Of a DNA stretch of 64,000 nt, positions 1-9,422 are shown piece by piece. The stretch spans positions 2,911 to 66,910 of the forward strand of contig JAKOZI010000076.1 of NCBI GenBank assembly GCA_029780075.1. The letters run 5' to 3'. The notes under the pieces were generated by a model that saw only the letters and a program-made list of their open reading frames with translations, was not told the origin of the DNA and searched no databases. Each line of letters starts with the position of its first letter. Positions within the stretch are counted from its first letter, which is position 1. The stretch is from Pseudomonadota bacterium (GTDB lineage: Bacteria > Pseudomonadota > Gammaproteobacteria > Burkholderiales > Rhodocyclaceae). Made by a program: the position numbers and the translations under genes.

Positions 1-1081
1 TCGATTCGAATTCGAGTTTCTCCTTGGTGGCGATTTCCTCCCGCGGCGCAATAAGAATGACATTCCCATTCTTGCGCATGTCGAGACCCTTCTGCTGCAT
101 GATGATGTCCAGCGCCTGGTCCCATGGCACGTCCTTGAGAATCAGCGTGATCGACCCGCCCACGGAATCGCTGACGACCATGTTCATGCCCGTGAACTCG
201 CCGATGACCTGCAACAGGCGGCGCACGTCGACATTCTGGAAATTCAGGGAGAGCTTCTCGCCCTGATAGCCGCCGCGGCTACCCTGCACCAGTTTATTGG
301 GATTCTCGATGATCGGCTTCACTTCAATGACGAACTGGTTGTCGCTCTGGTAAGCATTGTGCTCCCACAAGCCACGCGGGGTAATCGTCATGCGGGTGTT
401 GGGCCCCTTCTCGACGGTCGTCACGGTCAGCACAGGTGTCGCAAAATCGGTCACATCGAGCCGCTTCCGCAAGGCCTCGGGAAGCGTCACCTTGGCGAAG
501 TCCACGACCAGATTCGACCCCTGCTGCTTGATGTCGATGCCGGCATTGGCGTCAGTCAGGTCAACCGTGATCCGGCCCTCACCATCCTTTCCTCGCCGGA
601 ACGAGATGTCGCGAATGCTGTTGGACATTGCCGACGGACGCGCCTGTGCAAAATGTTCGACCGGCGCCAGGCCGGCAGGTGTCGCACTGGGAACCAGGGC
701 GAGCAGCAGGCTGTTGCCATCAATGGTCGCCTCATAGGTCATGGCCTTGTTCAGGTTCAGGACCACCCGGGTCCGGTCCTCGGCCTGGACAATATTGGCA
801 CTCTTCAAGTCACCCTCGTTGTATGCCTGGTTCGTCTTGCCCAAGCCATTGGTGGTGTTCGAAAAGTCAAAAGCGATGCGTGCCGGTTTGGCAACGCTGA
901 ACGCCGGCGGCAGCGCCTGCAATGGATCCTTGAAGGTAAGTTTGACGTTGAGCACCGAGCCTTGTTGCACGACGTTCATCGACTCGATGGAATTCGGCCT
1001 GGATTCCTGTGCATTCGCCGTTCCCAGCGCCAACAGCACAGCACCAACCAGACCGAGCAGGTATTGTCTAATCTGCTTCAT
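1..1081 (-). CDS. pilQ: Type IV pilus secretin PilQ (5' part; continues beyond window start)
   Basis: Read manually: ATG at 1081 abuts the pilP stop; signal peptide, AMIN-like domains and 'GEKLSLNFQNVDVRRLLQVIGEFTGMNMVVSDSVGGSITLILKDVPWDQALDIIM'; last gene of pilMNOP. Confidence 0.95.
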   Translation of the reverse strand, partial: MKQIRQYLLGLVGAVLLALGTANAQESRPNSIESMNVVQQGSVLNVKLTFKDPLQALPPAFSVAKPARIAFDFSNTTNGLGKTNQAYNEGDLKSANIVQAEDRTRVVLNLNKAMTYEATIDGNSLLLALVPSATPAGLAPVEHFAQARPSAMSNSIRDISFRRGKDGEGRITVDLTDANAGIDIKQQGSNLVVDFAKVTLPEALRKRLDVTDFATPVLTVTTVEKGPNTRMTITPRGLWEHNAYQSDNQFVIEVKPIIENPNKLVQGSRGGYQGEKLSLNFQNVDVRRLLQVIGEFTGMNMVVSDSVGGSITLILKDVPWDQALDIIMQQKGLDMRKNGNVILIAPREEIATKEKLEFES

Positions 1082-1597
1082 TTACTTCGCTCCCTTCTCC
1101 TGCAACAGCAAGGTGCTCGTCCGTTCCACCCAGTCACCCGCCGAATCCTGGATGAGTTCTCGCAAGGTGATTTCTGATTCGGACACGTCCACCACCACGC
1201 CGAAGTTCTGCCCCATGTAGTTTCCGATCTTGATTTGGTGCAAAGTACCGTCGACCTGTACGATGGCATACGACACCTTCTGCCTGGTCATCACACCGAC
1301 GTATTTCAGCGATTCCAGGGGATAAAGCTCCAGGGGCTCTTTCGGCCGATCCAGATCAGGCTTGAAGCCCCCACCACCTTTCTTCTCGTCAGGAGCCATC
1401 TTGGCCGGCTTGAAAGGGTCAAGGAGGTTGCCCACATCGTAAGGAACGGCCTCGTAGGCTTCGACCACGGGTAGCGGAGGGATTTTGGCCTTGGCATCCA
1501 GCGCCACGGCAGCCATCCATTCCCGTAATTCCTCATGATCGTCAGTTGAACAAGCAACCAACGCGATACAGCAAATCAGAATAGCCGGCCTTCTCAT
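1082..1597 (-). CDS. pilP: Type IV pilus lipoprotein PilP
   Basis: Lipobox LVAC; 'PDLDRPKEPLELYPLESLKYVG' and 'GNYMGQNFG' motifs; operon position. Confidence 0.95.
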   Translation of the reverse strand: MRRPAILICCIALVACSTDDHEELREWMAAVALDAKAKIPPLPVVEAYEAVPYDVGNLLDPFKPAKMAPDEKKGGGGFKPDLDRPKEPLELYPLESLKYVGVMTRQKVSYAIVQVDGTLHQIKIGNYMGQNFGVVVDVSESEITLRELIQDSAGDWVERTSTLLLQEKGAK

Positions 1598-2268
1598 TTC
1601 TTCCCACCCTTGGCGGCTTGAGCGGCCTTCTTCTTCGCTGCCAGTTCTTCCTCGTCAAGATAGCGGAAGGTCTTGGTAATGGCATCCATCACCAGCGTTC
1701 CATCCTTGCTCTGCGGGTTGATGACAATGGCCACATTATTCAAGGTCACGATTCTGGACAACTTGCCGATGTCCCCAGCAAAGGCACCAAAGTCATGATA
1801 GGTACCGGTCAGACGTACATTGATCGGCAGTTCCGCATAAAAATCCTTGATTTGCTCCGCGCCGGGCTTGAACAACTCAAACTGAAGCCCCCGGCCCATC
1901 CCCGCCTGGTTTATTTCCACCAGCAACGATTCGACTTCTGACTTGTTGGGCAGCTGTTTCAACAGCGCACCAAAGGAGCGATCAATCTCGTTCAACTGCT
2001 GGATGTAAAGGTCAAGGTTTACGGCCTGCTTCTTCTTGACCACAAACTCTTCGCGCAACTTCAACTCGTTCCGCTGCTTGGCCTGCAAAGCCTCCAACTG
2101 GTCAACCCAGACCAGAAACCAGCCGGCAAGCAAGATCAGTAGCAGCACGCCCACCAGCACGCTGACGCGCGGCACAACCGGCCACGCGCCGACATCCTTG
2201 GGATTGAGGTTCTGAAAGTCCCGCAGTATGGCGCGGAAATCAATGCTCGGAAGAACGGGGGCTTTCAC
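1594..2268 (-). CDS. pilO: Type IV pilus protein PilO
   Basis: Single TM, 'LLKQLPNKSEVESLL', 'FYAELPI', 'YHDFGAF'; 4-bp overlaps with neighbours. Confidence 0.95.
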   Translation of the reverse strand: MKAPVLPSIDFRAILRDFQNLNPKDVGAWPVVPRVSVLVGVLLLILLAGWFLVWVDQLEALQAKQRNELKLREEFVVKKKQAVNLDLYIQQLNEIDRSFGALLKQLPNKSEVESLLVEINQAGMGRGLQFELFKPGAEQIKDFYAELPINVRLTGTYHDFGAFAGDIGKLSRIVTLNNVAIVINPQSKDGTLVMDAITKTFRYLDEEELAAKKKAAQAAKGGKK

Positions 2269-2831
2269 TTCTGCCCTCCTTTCGCCACGGCAACCCGCTT
2301 GAGCGACGCATTCATGCTGAACTCGTTGAGACGCCGTTTGTCGACCGTCACGGCCTTGATTTCAAGTAGCTGCGGCTTTTCCAGCCACGGTGATGCTTCG
2401 ATGTTGCGCATCAGCGTGGACACCCGCGCGCTCGACTGGGCAAGTCCGAAGAGGCTGATCCTCTGTCCTTCCTGCTTCAGCGATCGGAGGTACACGCCCT
2501 CGGGCATCTGTTTGGCGAGTTCACTCAACAAGCGCACGGCTTCCGCACGATCGCGCTGCAGCGATTCGATGATCCGCTTACGTTCCATCAAGGCGTCGCT
2601 CTGCTCCTTGAGCCGCTTGATCTGATCGATCTGCTTGTCCAGCAGGGTGATCTCCTTTTTCAGGAAATCGTTTCTGGCGTCCTGTGCGGAAATATATCCG
2701 CCAATCACCGAGTAGACCAGAAAGACGATCAGTCCCGAAAGAACGGTGACCAGGCCCAGCAAGGCATAGAACTGCTGCCGTCTCGCCCGGCGCTTTTCTT
2801 CCCGATGCGGAAGGAGATTGATGCGCATCAT
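2265..2831 (-). CDS. pilN: Type IV pilus protein PilN
   Basis: N-terminal 'RINLLPHRE' signature, TM, coiled coil. Confidence 0.95.
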   Translation of the reverse strand: MMRINLLPHREEKRRARRQQFYALLGLVTVLSGLIVFLVYSVIGGYISAQDARNDFLKKEITLLDKQIDQIKRLKEQSDALMERKRIIESLQRDRAEAVRLLSELAKQMPEGVYLRSLKQEGQRISLFGLAQSSARVSTLMRNIEASPWLEKPQLLEIKAVTVDKRRLNEFSMNASLKRVAVAKGGQK

Positions 2832-3907
2832 TGGTCGAATCTCCGCAGCGCGAGCCCGCAGGCGACCATCAATGACGACGCATCCGTCGCCAAACTCTTC
2901 CCGCGAACCCGCTCGGACAGCAACATCTCGGCGAAGGGATTGGCAATGATGGTGCTGATCTGTGTTCGGGACGCAACGACTTCATCGGCACCAGGGATGA
3001 CTGCACACCCCCCCGCCAGGACAATATGGTTGATCTGGTTGAACTGCGTCGAGGTGAAGAAGAATTGCAGGGCCCGCGAAAGCTCCAGGGCCATGGCCTC
3101 AAGAAATGGCCGCAACAGTTCCGTGTCATATTTTTCCGGCAGATTGTGGTGGCGCTTCTCGGTTTCAGCCTCCTCGAAAGTCATTCCGAAAAGACGCGCG
3201 ATGTCCTGTGTCAGCTGATTGCCACCAAACGCCTGCTCGCGTACGTAAAGCGGCTGGCTGTTGCGCAGAACGGTCAGGTTCATGACGTTCGCGCCAATAT
3301 CCACCAAGGCAATGATCTGCCCCTTGCCGCGCTCAGGAAGTTGTGCCTCGATCAATTCGAAGGACGCGAGCACAGCGTAGGACTCGACGTCCAGCACCAC
3401 CGGCTTGAGGCCGGCCGATTCGGCAACGGCCACCCTGTCCTCCACCTTTTCCTTGCGCGACGCGGCGATCAGGACCTCAATCTCATCCGGCGACGATGGC
3501 GCCGGACCCACGACCTGAAAATCGAGGTTCACCTCGTCGAGCGCGAACGGAATGTACTGGTTGGCCTCCGATTCGACCAGCAGTTCCAGTTCCTCCTCGC
3601 GTTGCCCGGCCGCAACGATGATCTTCTTGGTAATGACGTGTGATGCCGGCAGGGCAATGGCCACGTGCCGCGTAGACGTCGCGAGTTTCTTCCAGGCCCG
3701 CCTGACGGACTCCGCAGCGGCCTCGAGATTGACGATGTTGCCGTCCGAAACGACATCCCTTGGCAAGACCTCAATCGCGTAACGCTCGACCCGGTAGCCG
3801 CCCTTGCCGTCACTGGCCAACTCGACCATCTTGACCGACGACGAACTGACGTCCAGCCCGATCAGCGAGCGGGCCTTGGGATTAAAGATCGAAAGATCAA
3901 GCTGCAA
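2828..3907 (-). CDS. pilM: Type IV pilus protein PilM
   Basis: Actin-like 'IGLDVSSSSVKMVEL', 'EANQYIPF', 'VDIGA', 'ACGLALR'; TTG start. Confidence 0.95.
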   Translation of the reverse strand: MQLDLSIFNPKARSLIGLDVSSSSVKMVELASDGKGGYRVERYAIEVLPRDVVSDGNIVNLEAAAESVRRAWKKLATSTRHVAIALPASHVITKKIIVAAGQREEELELLVESEANQYIPFALDEVNLDFQVVGPAPSSPDEIEVLIAASRKEKVEDRVAVAESAGLKPVVLDVESYAVLASFELIEAQLPERGKGQIIALVDIGANVMNLTVLRNSQPLYVREQAFGGNQLTQDIARLFGMTFEEAETEKRHHNLPEKYDTELLRPFLEAMALELSRALQFFFTSTQFNQINHIVLAGGCAVIPGADEVVASRTQISTIIANPFAEMLLSERVRGKSLATDASSLMVACGLALRRFDQ

Positions 3908-3980
3908 CTCGCCACCCCCTGCCCAAAAAACCCTTCAATAATTTGCAGTTAGCGTGCTTTTGGATATTTTACTTTAGATG

Positions 3981-4042
3981 CTAACAACAAGCCTGCAGCG
4001 TGTGAAGCAATCTAACAACAAGCCTGCAGCGTGTAAAGCAAT
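3981..4042. repeat. 31-bp tandem duplication upstream of pilM
   Basis: CTAACAACAAGCCTGCAGCGTGTGAAGCAAT (3981-4011) followed by CTAACAACAAGCCTGCAGCGTGTAAAGCAAT (4012-4042); one mismatch. Confidence 0.95.
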
Positions 4043-4067
4043 TTTTCGAGCCTTGCCGGACGTGCGC

Positions 4068-4688
4068 TCAGTCCAGCCGGGGGTTGACTTTGGGCGCAGG
4101 TTTGAGGGTCAACGGCTCACCTTTCTTCTCGGCCGGCTTCTCGATCGGTTTCTCGTCCTTGCTCTTGGGCTGGATGATCGCGCGCACACGTGCCTGCCCA
4201 ACACCGGTAGCGCTCTTGGTGGCGCCGCCGCCGGTGGTGGCCAGATATTTCTCGTTCAACGCATCATAGGAGATGTACTGGCCCTTCACCTCGTCGAGGC
4301 CACTTTGCACCCAGGCGCGAATGAAGAACTCGGTGACTTCGCTACGTGCGTCGTGGTCGATACGCTCGGCTTCACCTTCGGTGAAGTCGTCGCGCCCCTC
4401 GCGCTTCTGCCTGAAATGCGCGAGGCCGTTGGCACCGCCGATGGCGGACGCCTTCTGGAAGCCATCGGCGTCTTCCGTGACAACCAGTCGACTGGTGCGC
4501 AGTTCCATCGTGCCCTGGATGAGGACCGCATTGCCTTCGAGAATCTTGACCTTCCTGACGTCGTCGATGCTCATGCGGTCCGCTTCCAGGTGGATCGGCT
4601 TCTCGCGGTCAGCCCGCTCGGCCTGCGCCGGCATCGAAAGGGCGACGATCAGGCTGCTCGCGCAGGCGCCGCAAACGCTCTTCTTCAT
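4068..4688 (-). CDS. lptA: LPS transport periplasmic protein LptA
   Basis: Signal peptide, 'ADREKPIHLEAD', OstA-like beta repeats, 'RVRAIIQP'; follows lptC. Confidence 0.9.
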   Translation of the reverse strand: MKKSVCGACASSLIVALSMPAQAERADREKPIHLEADRMSIDDVRKVKILEGNAVLIQGTMELRTSRLVVTEDADGFQKASAIGGANGLAHFRQKREGRDDFTEGEAERIDHDARSEVTEFFIRAWVQSGLDEVKGQYISYDALNEKYLATTGGGATKSATGVGQARVRAIIQPKSKDEKPIEKPAEKKGEPLTLKPAPKVNPRLD

Positions 4689-4690
4689 GT

Positions 4691-5278
4691 CTAGGGTTTC
4701 TTCCTGGCAAAATGGCTCTCGATTTGTCCGGTAACCTGTGATTCGAGGACGTAGGTCTGCAACTGGTTATCGACCTGCATGCCGACCCCCTGTACCCACG
4801 AGTTCCCCTGCGTGATCAGCACCTTGCTCCTGGTGAAAGCCTTTTCCTCTTCGGTCAGCACCGTCAGTTCGGAGGTCTCGGCCAGCAATTGCGCGTCCTT
4901 GTCTGTGGCCGCGCGGCTTACCTCGACCTGCTCGCTGAGATCCACGCGTTGTCCTTGCGCAGTCGAATGACCATAGCGGGCACTGATGGTCACCGGCGGC
5001 CGTGTCGGATGCAGGTAAACCAGGTTCGGACGCAGGAAATCCGTCGTGTCGTCGTCCGGGTAGTGGCGAATCTCATCGGCGACCAGGGTGTACAGCAAAC
5101 GGCCGGAAGGGTCGAGCTTGCGGCCCTTCGCGTCGGTGACGATGTAGTCGGGATCGTGACGATTTTTCCCATCGCTTCGCGCTTCGGGGAATTCGGTCGC
5201 GTAGCGCAGCCAGGAAGTCAGAGCGAGCAGGACCAGAAGAATGCTGAGCGGCAGAACCGCGCTGCTCCACTGTCTCAT
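4691..5278 (-). CDS. lptC: LPS export protein LptC
   Basis: N-terminal TM, 'HDPDYIV', 'HYPDDDTT'; ATG at 5278 preferred over the upstream GTG. Confidence 0.9.
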   Translation of the reverse strand: MRQWSSAVLPLSILLVLLALTSWLRYATEFPEARSDGKNRHDPDYIVTDAKGRKLDPSGRLLYTLVADEIRHYPDDDTTDFLRPNLVYLHPTRPPVTISARYGHSTAQGQRVDLSEQVEVSRAATDKDAQLLAETSELTVLTEEEKAFTRSKVLITQGNSWVQGVGMQVDNQLQTYVLESQVTGQIESHFARKKP

Positions 5279-5396
5279 CGCCCGGCCATCGCGAAACACG
5301 GCGACGACAGCGCGCCGAACGGTTGGTCAACTCGTTGAATACGCCGGCGACCAGGGGTGCCGACGCTTCCGTGTTCACAGTCGTGGGTGGCCCACA

Positions 5397-6380
5397 TCAG
5401 ATCACCTTGGCCTTGAAGAGGTCGTGCATGTTGAGTGCGCCGACCAGAATGCCCGTTTCGTCAACCACCGGTAGCTGGTTGATCCGGTGCTGCTCCATCA
5501 TCTCCACCGCCTCAACCGCGAGACGCTCAGGTCCGATCGCGCGTGGCTCCCGCCCCATGATGTCGCTCACCGTCAATGCGCGCAGATCGAGGTTCCTGGC
5601 GAACGCACGCCGCAAGTCGCCGTCGGTGACGATACCGATCACCCGATGTTCCGGACTGACCACAGCGGTCATGCCAATTCCGCCACGCGACATTTCAAGG
5701 ATGGCATCGGGCAAAGTGGTAGCGGGAACGACTTCCGGGACCGCCCTGCCAACGCGCATGACGTCGCGAACGTGCGTCAGCAGGCGACGCCCGAGCGAGC
5801 CGCCAGGGTGCGAGCGAGCAAAATCCTCGGCGCCAAAACCACGCGAATCCAGCAGGGCCACCGCCAGCGCATCGCCCAGGGCCAGCACGGCGGTAGTACT
5901 GGCGGTCGGCGCGAGGTTCAGCGGACACGCTTCCTGCTTGACAGCAGCGTCAAGGTGCACGTCTGCCTCGATGGCCAGCGTCGACTGTGGATTGCCGGTC
6001 AAACTGATGAGCTTGGCCCCCTGCCGCTTGATGATCGGAACGATCATCAGCAGTTCGGCACTCTCGCCAGAATTGGAAAGCGCGATCAGCACATCGTCAC
6101 GGGTAATCATCCCGAGGTCACCATGGCTGGCCTCCGCCGGATGCACAAAATACGCCGGGGTGCCGGTGCTGGCCAGGGTCGACGCGATCTTGCGTCCAAC
6201 ATGCCCGGACTTGCCCATGCCACTGACCACCACCCGCCCACGACAATTGAGAATCAGCCGCAACGCCTGGAGAAAGTCGCCATCGATGCGGTCGATCAGT
6301 GCCAGGACGGCCTCGGCTTCAATGCGCAGTACCCGGCGAGCCAGATTGAGCGCATTCGACGAGGGCTGGATTTGGCTCAT
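5397..6380 (-). CDS. kdsD: Arabinose-5-phosphate isomerase (KpsF/GutQ family)
   Basis: SIS domain 'GMGKSGHVGRKIASTLASTGTP', 'EASHGDLG', 'EACPLNLAPTAST', plus two CBS domains. Confidence 0.95.
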   Translation of the reverse strand: MSQIQPSSNALNLARRVLRIEAEAVLALIDRIDGDFLQALRLILNCRGRVVVSGMGKSGHVGRKIASTLASTGTPAYFVHPAEASHGDLGMITRDDVLIALSNSGESAELLMIVPIIKRQGAKLISLTGNPQSTLAIEADVHLDAAVKQEACPLNLAPTASTTAVLALGDALAVALLDSRGFGAEDFARSHPGGSLGRRLLTHVRDVMRVGRAVPEVVPATTLPDAILEMSRGGIGMTAVVSPEHRVIGIVTDGDLRRAFARNLDLRALTVSDIMGREPRAIGPERLAVEAVEMMEQHRINQLPVVDETGILVGALNMHDLFKAKVI

Positions 6381-6492
6381 GAGAAGGCAGCGGTTATCAT
6401 GGAGCGAGTATAACAGAAGGCCCCGGCGTGCTCATCCCGCGCCGACTGCGCACCGCGCGACGAAGACCTGACGGGAGGCACGAACCGGAAAG

Positions 6493-8466
6493 ATGCAGAC
6501 GCTGCCGACGATTCTGATGCTGCTCGGGGCCTCGGTGGTTTCCGTGATCGTTTTTCGCTTGGCCAATCTGCCGCCGGTACTCGGCTATCTGCTCGTCGGC
6601 ACGCTGATCGGCCCGCGCGCACTCAACCTCGTGGGAGATTTTGCGGGGGCACAACATCTCGCTGAATTCGGTGTCGTCTTCCTGATGTTCTCGATCGGAC
6701 TCGAGTTCTCGCTGCCCAAGTTGCATTCCATGAAGCGCATCGTTTTCGGCCTCGGTCTGCTGCAGGTGCTGCTGACGATGGCGGTGGTCACCGCCATCGT
6801 GGTCAGCCTGGGGCTGAGCTGGCAGGCCGGCGTGGCGCTCGGTGGCACGCTGGCGATGTCATCGACCGCGGTGCTCACCAAGTTGCTGAGCGAGCGGCTC
6901 GAACTCGATTCCGCGCATGGCCGCGAGGTCATGGGCGTCCTCCTGTTCCAGGACCTCGCGGTGGTGCCACTGCTGATCCTCATCCCGTCGTTTTCCGAGT
7001 CCCCGGAACGGATGGCGACGATGATCGGAGTGGCGACCGTCAAGGCCTTGCTGGTGCTGTCGCTGGTGCTGTTCTTTGGCCAGCGGCTGATGAACAGGTG
7101 GTTTTTCATCGTCGCCCGCGGCAAGTCGGCCGAGTTGTTCATGCTCAACGTGCTGCTGGTCACCCTGGGCCTGGCCTATGTGACCGAACTGGCCGGCCTG
7201 TCGCTGGCCCTCGGCGCTTTTGTGGCCGGCATCCTGATTGCCGAAACCCAGTACCGGCATCACGTCGAAGAAGACATCAAACCCTTTCGCGACGTGCTGA
7301 TGGGCCTGTTTTTCGTCACTATCGGGATGTTGCTCGACGCCCCGCTGGTGCTCGCCAACCTGCCGCTGGTACTGGGCGTGCTGGCCGCGCTGCTGGTCGT
7401 CAAGTTCGCGCTGATGCTTGGCCTGTCGCGCCTCTTCGGCGCCGCGCCCGGCAGCGCGCTGCGCACTGGCCTGTGGTTGTGTGCCGGTGGCGAGTTCGGC
7501 TTCGTTCTGCTCTCGGAAATGGGCCCCCTGCGCCTGATGCCGCCGCTGGCCCTGCAGGCGGTGCTGGCCGCCCTGGTCATTTCGATGCTGCTGGCACCGA
7601 TCTTCGTGCAGTACAGCAACCGCATCGTCCTGCGCTTCGCCGCCAGCGAGTGGCTGATGCGCTCGATGCAGCTGACCCAGCTCGCGGCACAGACGTTGAA
7701 TACGGAGAAACACGTGGTGATCTGCGGCTACGGCCGCAGCGGCCAGCATCTGGCCCGCTTCATGGAGCAGGAAGCGGTCGCCTATGTGGCGCTCGACCGC
7801 GACCCCGAACGCGTGCGCGAAGCGGCTGCCGGTGGCGAGAATGTCATCTACGGCGACGCCGCACGCCGCGAAACGCTGCTTGCCGCGGGCGTTGGCCGTG
7901 CCAGCACGCTGATCATCACCTTTGCCGAGACCCGTGCAGCGGAGCGGGTCCTCGAGCATGTGCGCCAGCTCAATCCGGATTTGCCGGTAATCGTGCGTAC
8001 GCTCGACGAGCGGGACATCGAAACGCTTCGGCACGCGGGCGCCGCAGAAGTCGTTCCGGAAACGCTCGAAGTCAGCATGGTGCTCGCCTCGCACGCGCTG
8101 CGACATGCCGGAGTGCCGATCGCGCAGGTGCTGGAGCGCTTCAGTCAGACGCGGCTTGCCGGCTACCGGACCTTGCGTGGATTCTTCCACGGCGAGAGTG
8201 ACCTCGAAGAAGACGCGCTCGACAGCAAGGAAACGCGCCTGCGCGCCATCCACCTCGTGGCTGGCGCCTATGCCATCGGGCACTCGCTGGGCGATCTCGA
8301 CCTGCGGCGCCTTGGGGTCGAAGTGACGGCGATTCGCCGGGGCAATATCCGTGGGCTGGAACCCTCACCGGAAACCCGTTTTCGGGCCGGGGATGTGGTG
8401 GTCGTGCTGGGAACCCCGACAGCCATGGCCGCGGCAGAGACGCGTTTATTGCAAGGGGGGAAATAA
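6493..8466 (+). CDS. CPA2 (KefB/KefC-like) cation:proton antiporter with TrkA-N and TrkA-C domains
   Basis: ~13 TM with 'LLFQDLAVV', 'ICGYGRSG' Rossmann motif, C-terminal RCK_C. Confidence 0.9.
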   Translation: MQTLPTILMLLGASVVSVIVFRLANLPPVLGYLLVGTLIGPRALNLVGDFAGAQHLAEFGVVFLMFSIGLEFSLPKLHSMKRIVFGLGLLQVLLTMAVVTAIVVSLGLSWQAGVALGGTLAMSSTAVLTKLLSERLELDSAHGREVMGVLLFQDLAVVPLLILIPSFSESPERMATMIGVATVKALLVLSLVLFFGQRLMNRWFFIVARGKSAELFMLNVLLVTLGLAYVTELAGLSLALGAFVAGILIAETQYRHHVEEDIKPFRDVLMGLFFVTIGMLLDAPLVLANLPLVLGVLAALLVVKFALMLGLSRLFGAAPGSALRTGLWLCAGGEFGFVLLSEMGPLRLMPPLALQAVLAALVISMLLAPIFVQYSNRIVLRFAASEWLMRSMQLTQLAAQTLNTEKHVVICGYGRSGQHLARFMEQEAVAYVALDRDPERVREAAAGGENVIYGDAARRETLLAAGVGRASTLIITFAETRAAERVLEHVRQLNPDLPVIVRTLDERDIETLRHAGAAEVVPETLEVSMVLASHALRHAGVPIAQVLERFSQTRLAGYRTLRGFFHGESDLEEDALDSKETRLRAIHLVAGAYAIGHSLGDLDLRRLGVEVTAIRRGNIRGLEPSPETRFRAGDVVVVLGTPTAMAAAETRLLQGGK

Positions 8467-8474
8467 CCGTTGAG

Positions 8475-8508
8475 AGCGCAGCAGCCCGCGTGAGCGAGCT
8501 GCTGCGCT
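8475..8508. terminator. Strong hairpin between convergent genes
   Basis: AGCGCAGCAGC...GCTGCTGCGCT 11-bp stem with inner CGC-GTGA-GCG; no clear U tract. Confidence 0.55.
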
Positions 8509-8542
8509 GCGCCTTGCCGGCGAAAGGCTATGCCGCGCCTGC

Positions 8543-9244
8543 TCAGAATGAAGCGCAAACCGTGTATTGGGCGCCGTCCTGAATCGCCGCCGTGGCCGTC
8601 GCTGCGACGGCACCACGTGCGCTGCCGGTCGGCACCGCCTGGACCGAGCCGGCGGCGGTATCGCCGTCATCCATCACGGTGTCGATCTGCCTGACGTATC
8701 GCCCAAGGATGCCGTCCGAGCACACAAAAAATGTTCCCCGCATGCCGACAATGAACGGTGCCGCCGCTCCGGCCGCATTGAGACCACTCTCGATGCCGAT
8801 CAAGCCACCATCGGCATTGCGCGGCTGGTAATTGGGATTGGCGATCTGCGTCGGCCCGCTCGCCAGGTTGGCCAGGCGGACATGCTGCCAGAAAACAAAG
8901 GTTTCGTCGGTCACCGCGGCGGCATTCCAGGCGCCGTCGATGCGCCCGTTGTTCTGCGTACACTGGCCCGCAGCGGCCGGAGCGCATGCGGCGGCCACGC
9001 CGGCACCGAAGGCCAGGTCTAGCTGCGCCTGCGTCTGGTCACCGGGCAGCGCCTTGAAGCGATCCTGATAGCCATAGGCCAGGCTCGACACGGTCCGGAA
9101 ATCCCCGACCATGTTCTTCACCTTGGCGCTGTTGATCAGTTCCTGCCCCTTCAGCACCCCGCCAAGCAGCAGGCCGATGATGACGAGTACAATCGCAATC
9201 TCTACCAGGGTAAAACCCGACTGTTGCTTGCTCATCTGGTTCAT
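8543..9244 (-). CDS. Type IV pilin-like protein (candidate major subunit of the MSHA-like system)
   Basis: Class III signal 'QSG|FTLVEIAIVLVIIGLLLGG'; Cys pairs; has its own sigma-54 promoter. Confidence 0.9.
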   Translation of the reverse strand: MNQMSKQQSGFTLVEIAIVLVIIGLLLGGVLKGQELINSAKVKNMVGDFRTVSSLAYGYQDRFKALPGDQTQAQLDLAFGAGVAAACAPAAAGQCTQNNGRIDGAWNAAAVTDETFVFWQHVRLANLASGPTQIANPNYQPRNADGGLIGIESGLNAAGAAAPFIVGMRGTFFVCSDGILGRYVRQIDTVMDDGDTAAGSVQAVPTGSARGAVAATATAAIQDGAQYTVCASF

Positions 9245-9282
9245 TTGGTTCTCCAGTCCGTGTCATCGATGATATTGGCTAG

Positions 9283-9299
9283 TAGCACGTTTCGTGCCC
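9283..9299 (-). promoter_or_regulatory. Sigma-54 (-24/-12) promoter of the pilin gene
   Basis: Minus strand GGGCACGAAACGTGCTA = GG-N10-GC, close to consensus TGGCACG-N4-TTGCW, ~40 bp upstream of the ATG. Confidence 0.8.
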
Positions 9300-9338
9300 G
9301 GAAAATCACACCAATCCGGAGGTCAAAGCCTGCCGACC

Positions 9339-9354
9339 TGTCGAGTTTTCGACA
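9339..9354. promoter_or_regulatory. Palindromic enhancer-like site (TGT-N10-ACA)
   Basis: TGTCGA-GTTT-TCGACA, 40 bp upstream of the -24 element. Confidence 0.6.
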
Positions 9355-9422
9355 CAATTGCCCGGAGTCGGACTGATGCAGACGCCTGTCACTCGGCTAC
9401 CGACCACCGCCAGGAGCGCCGC

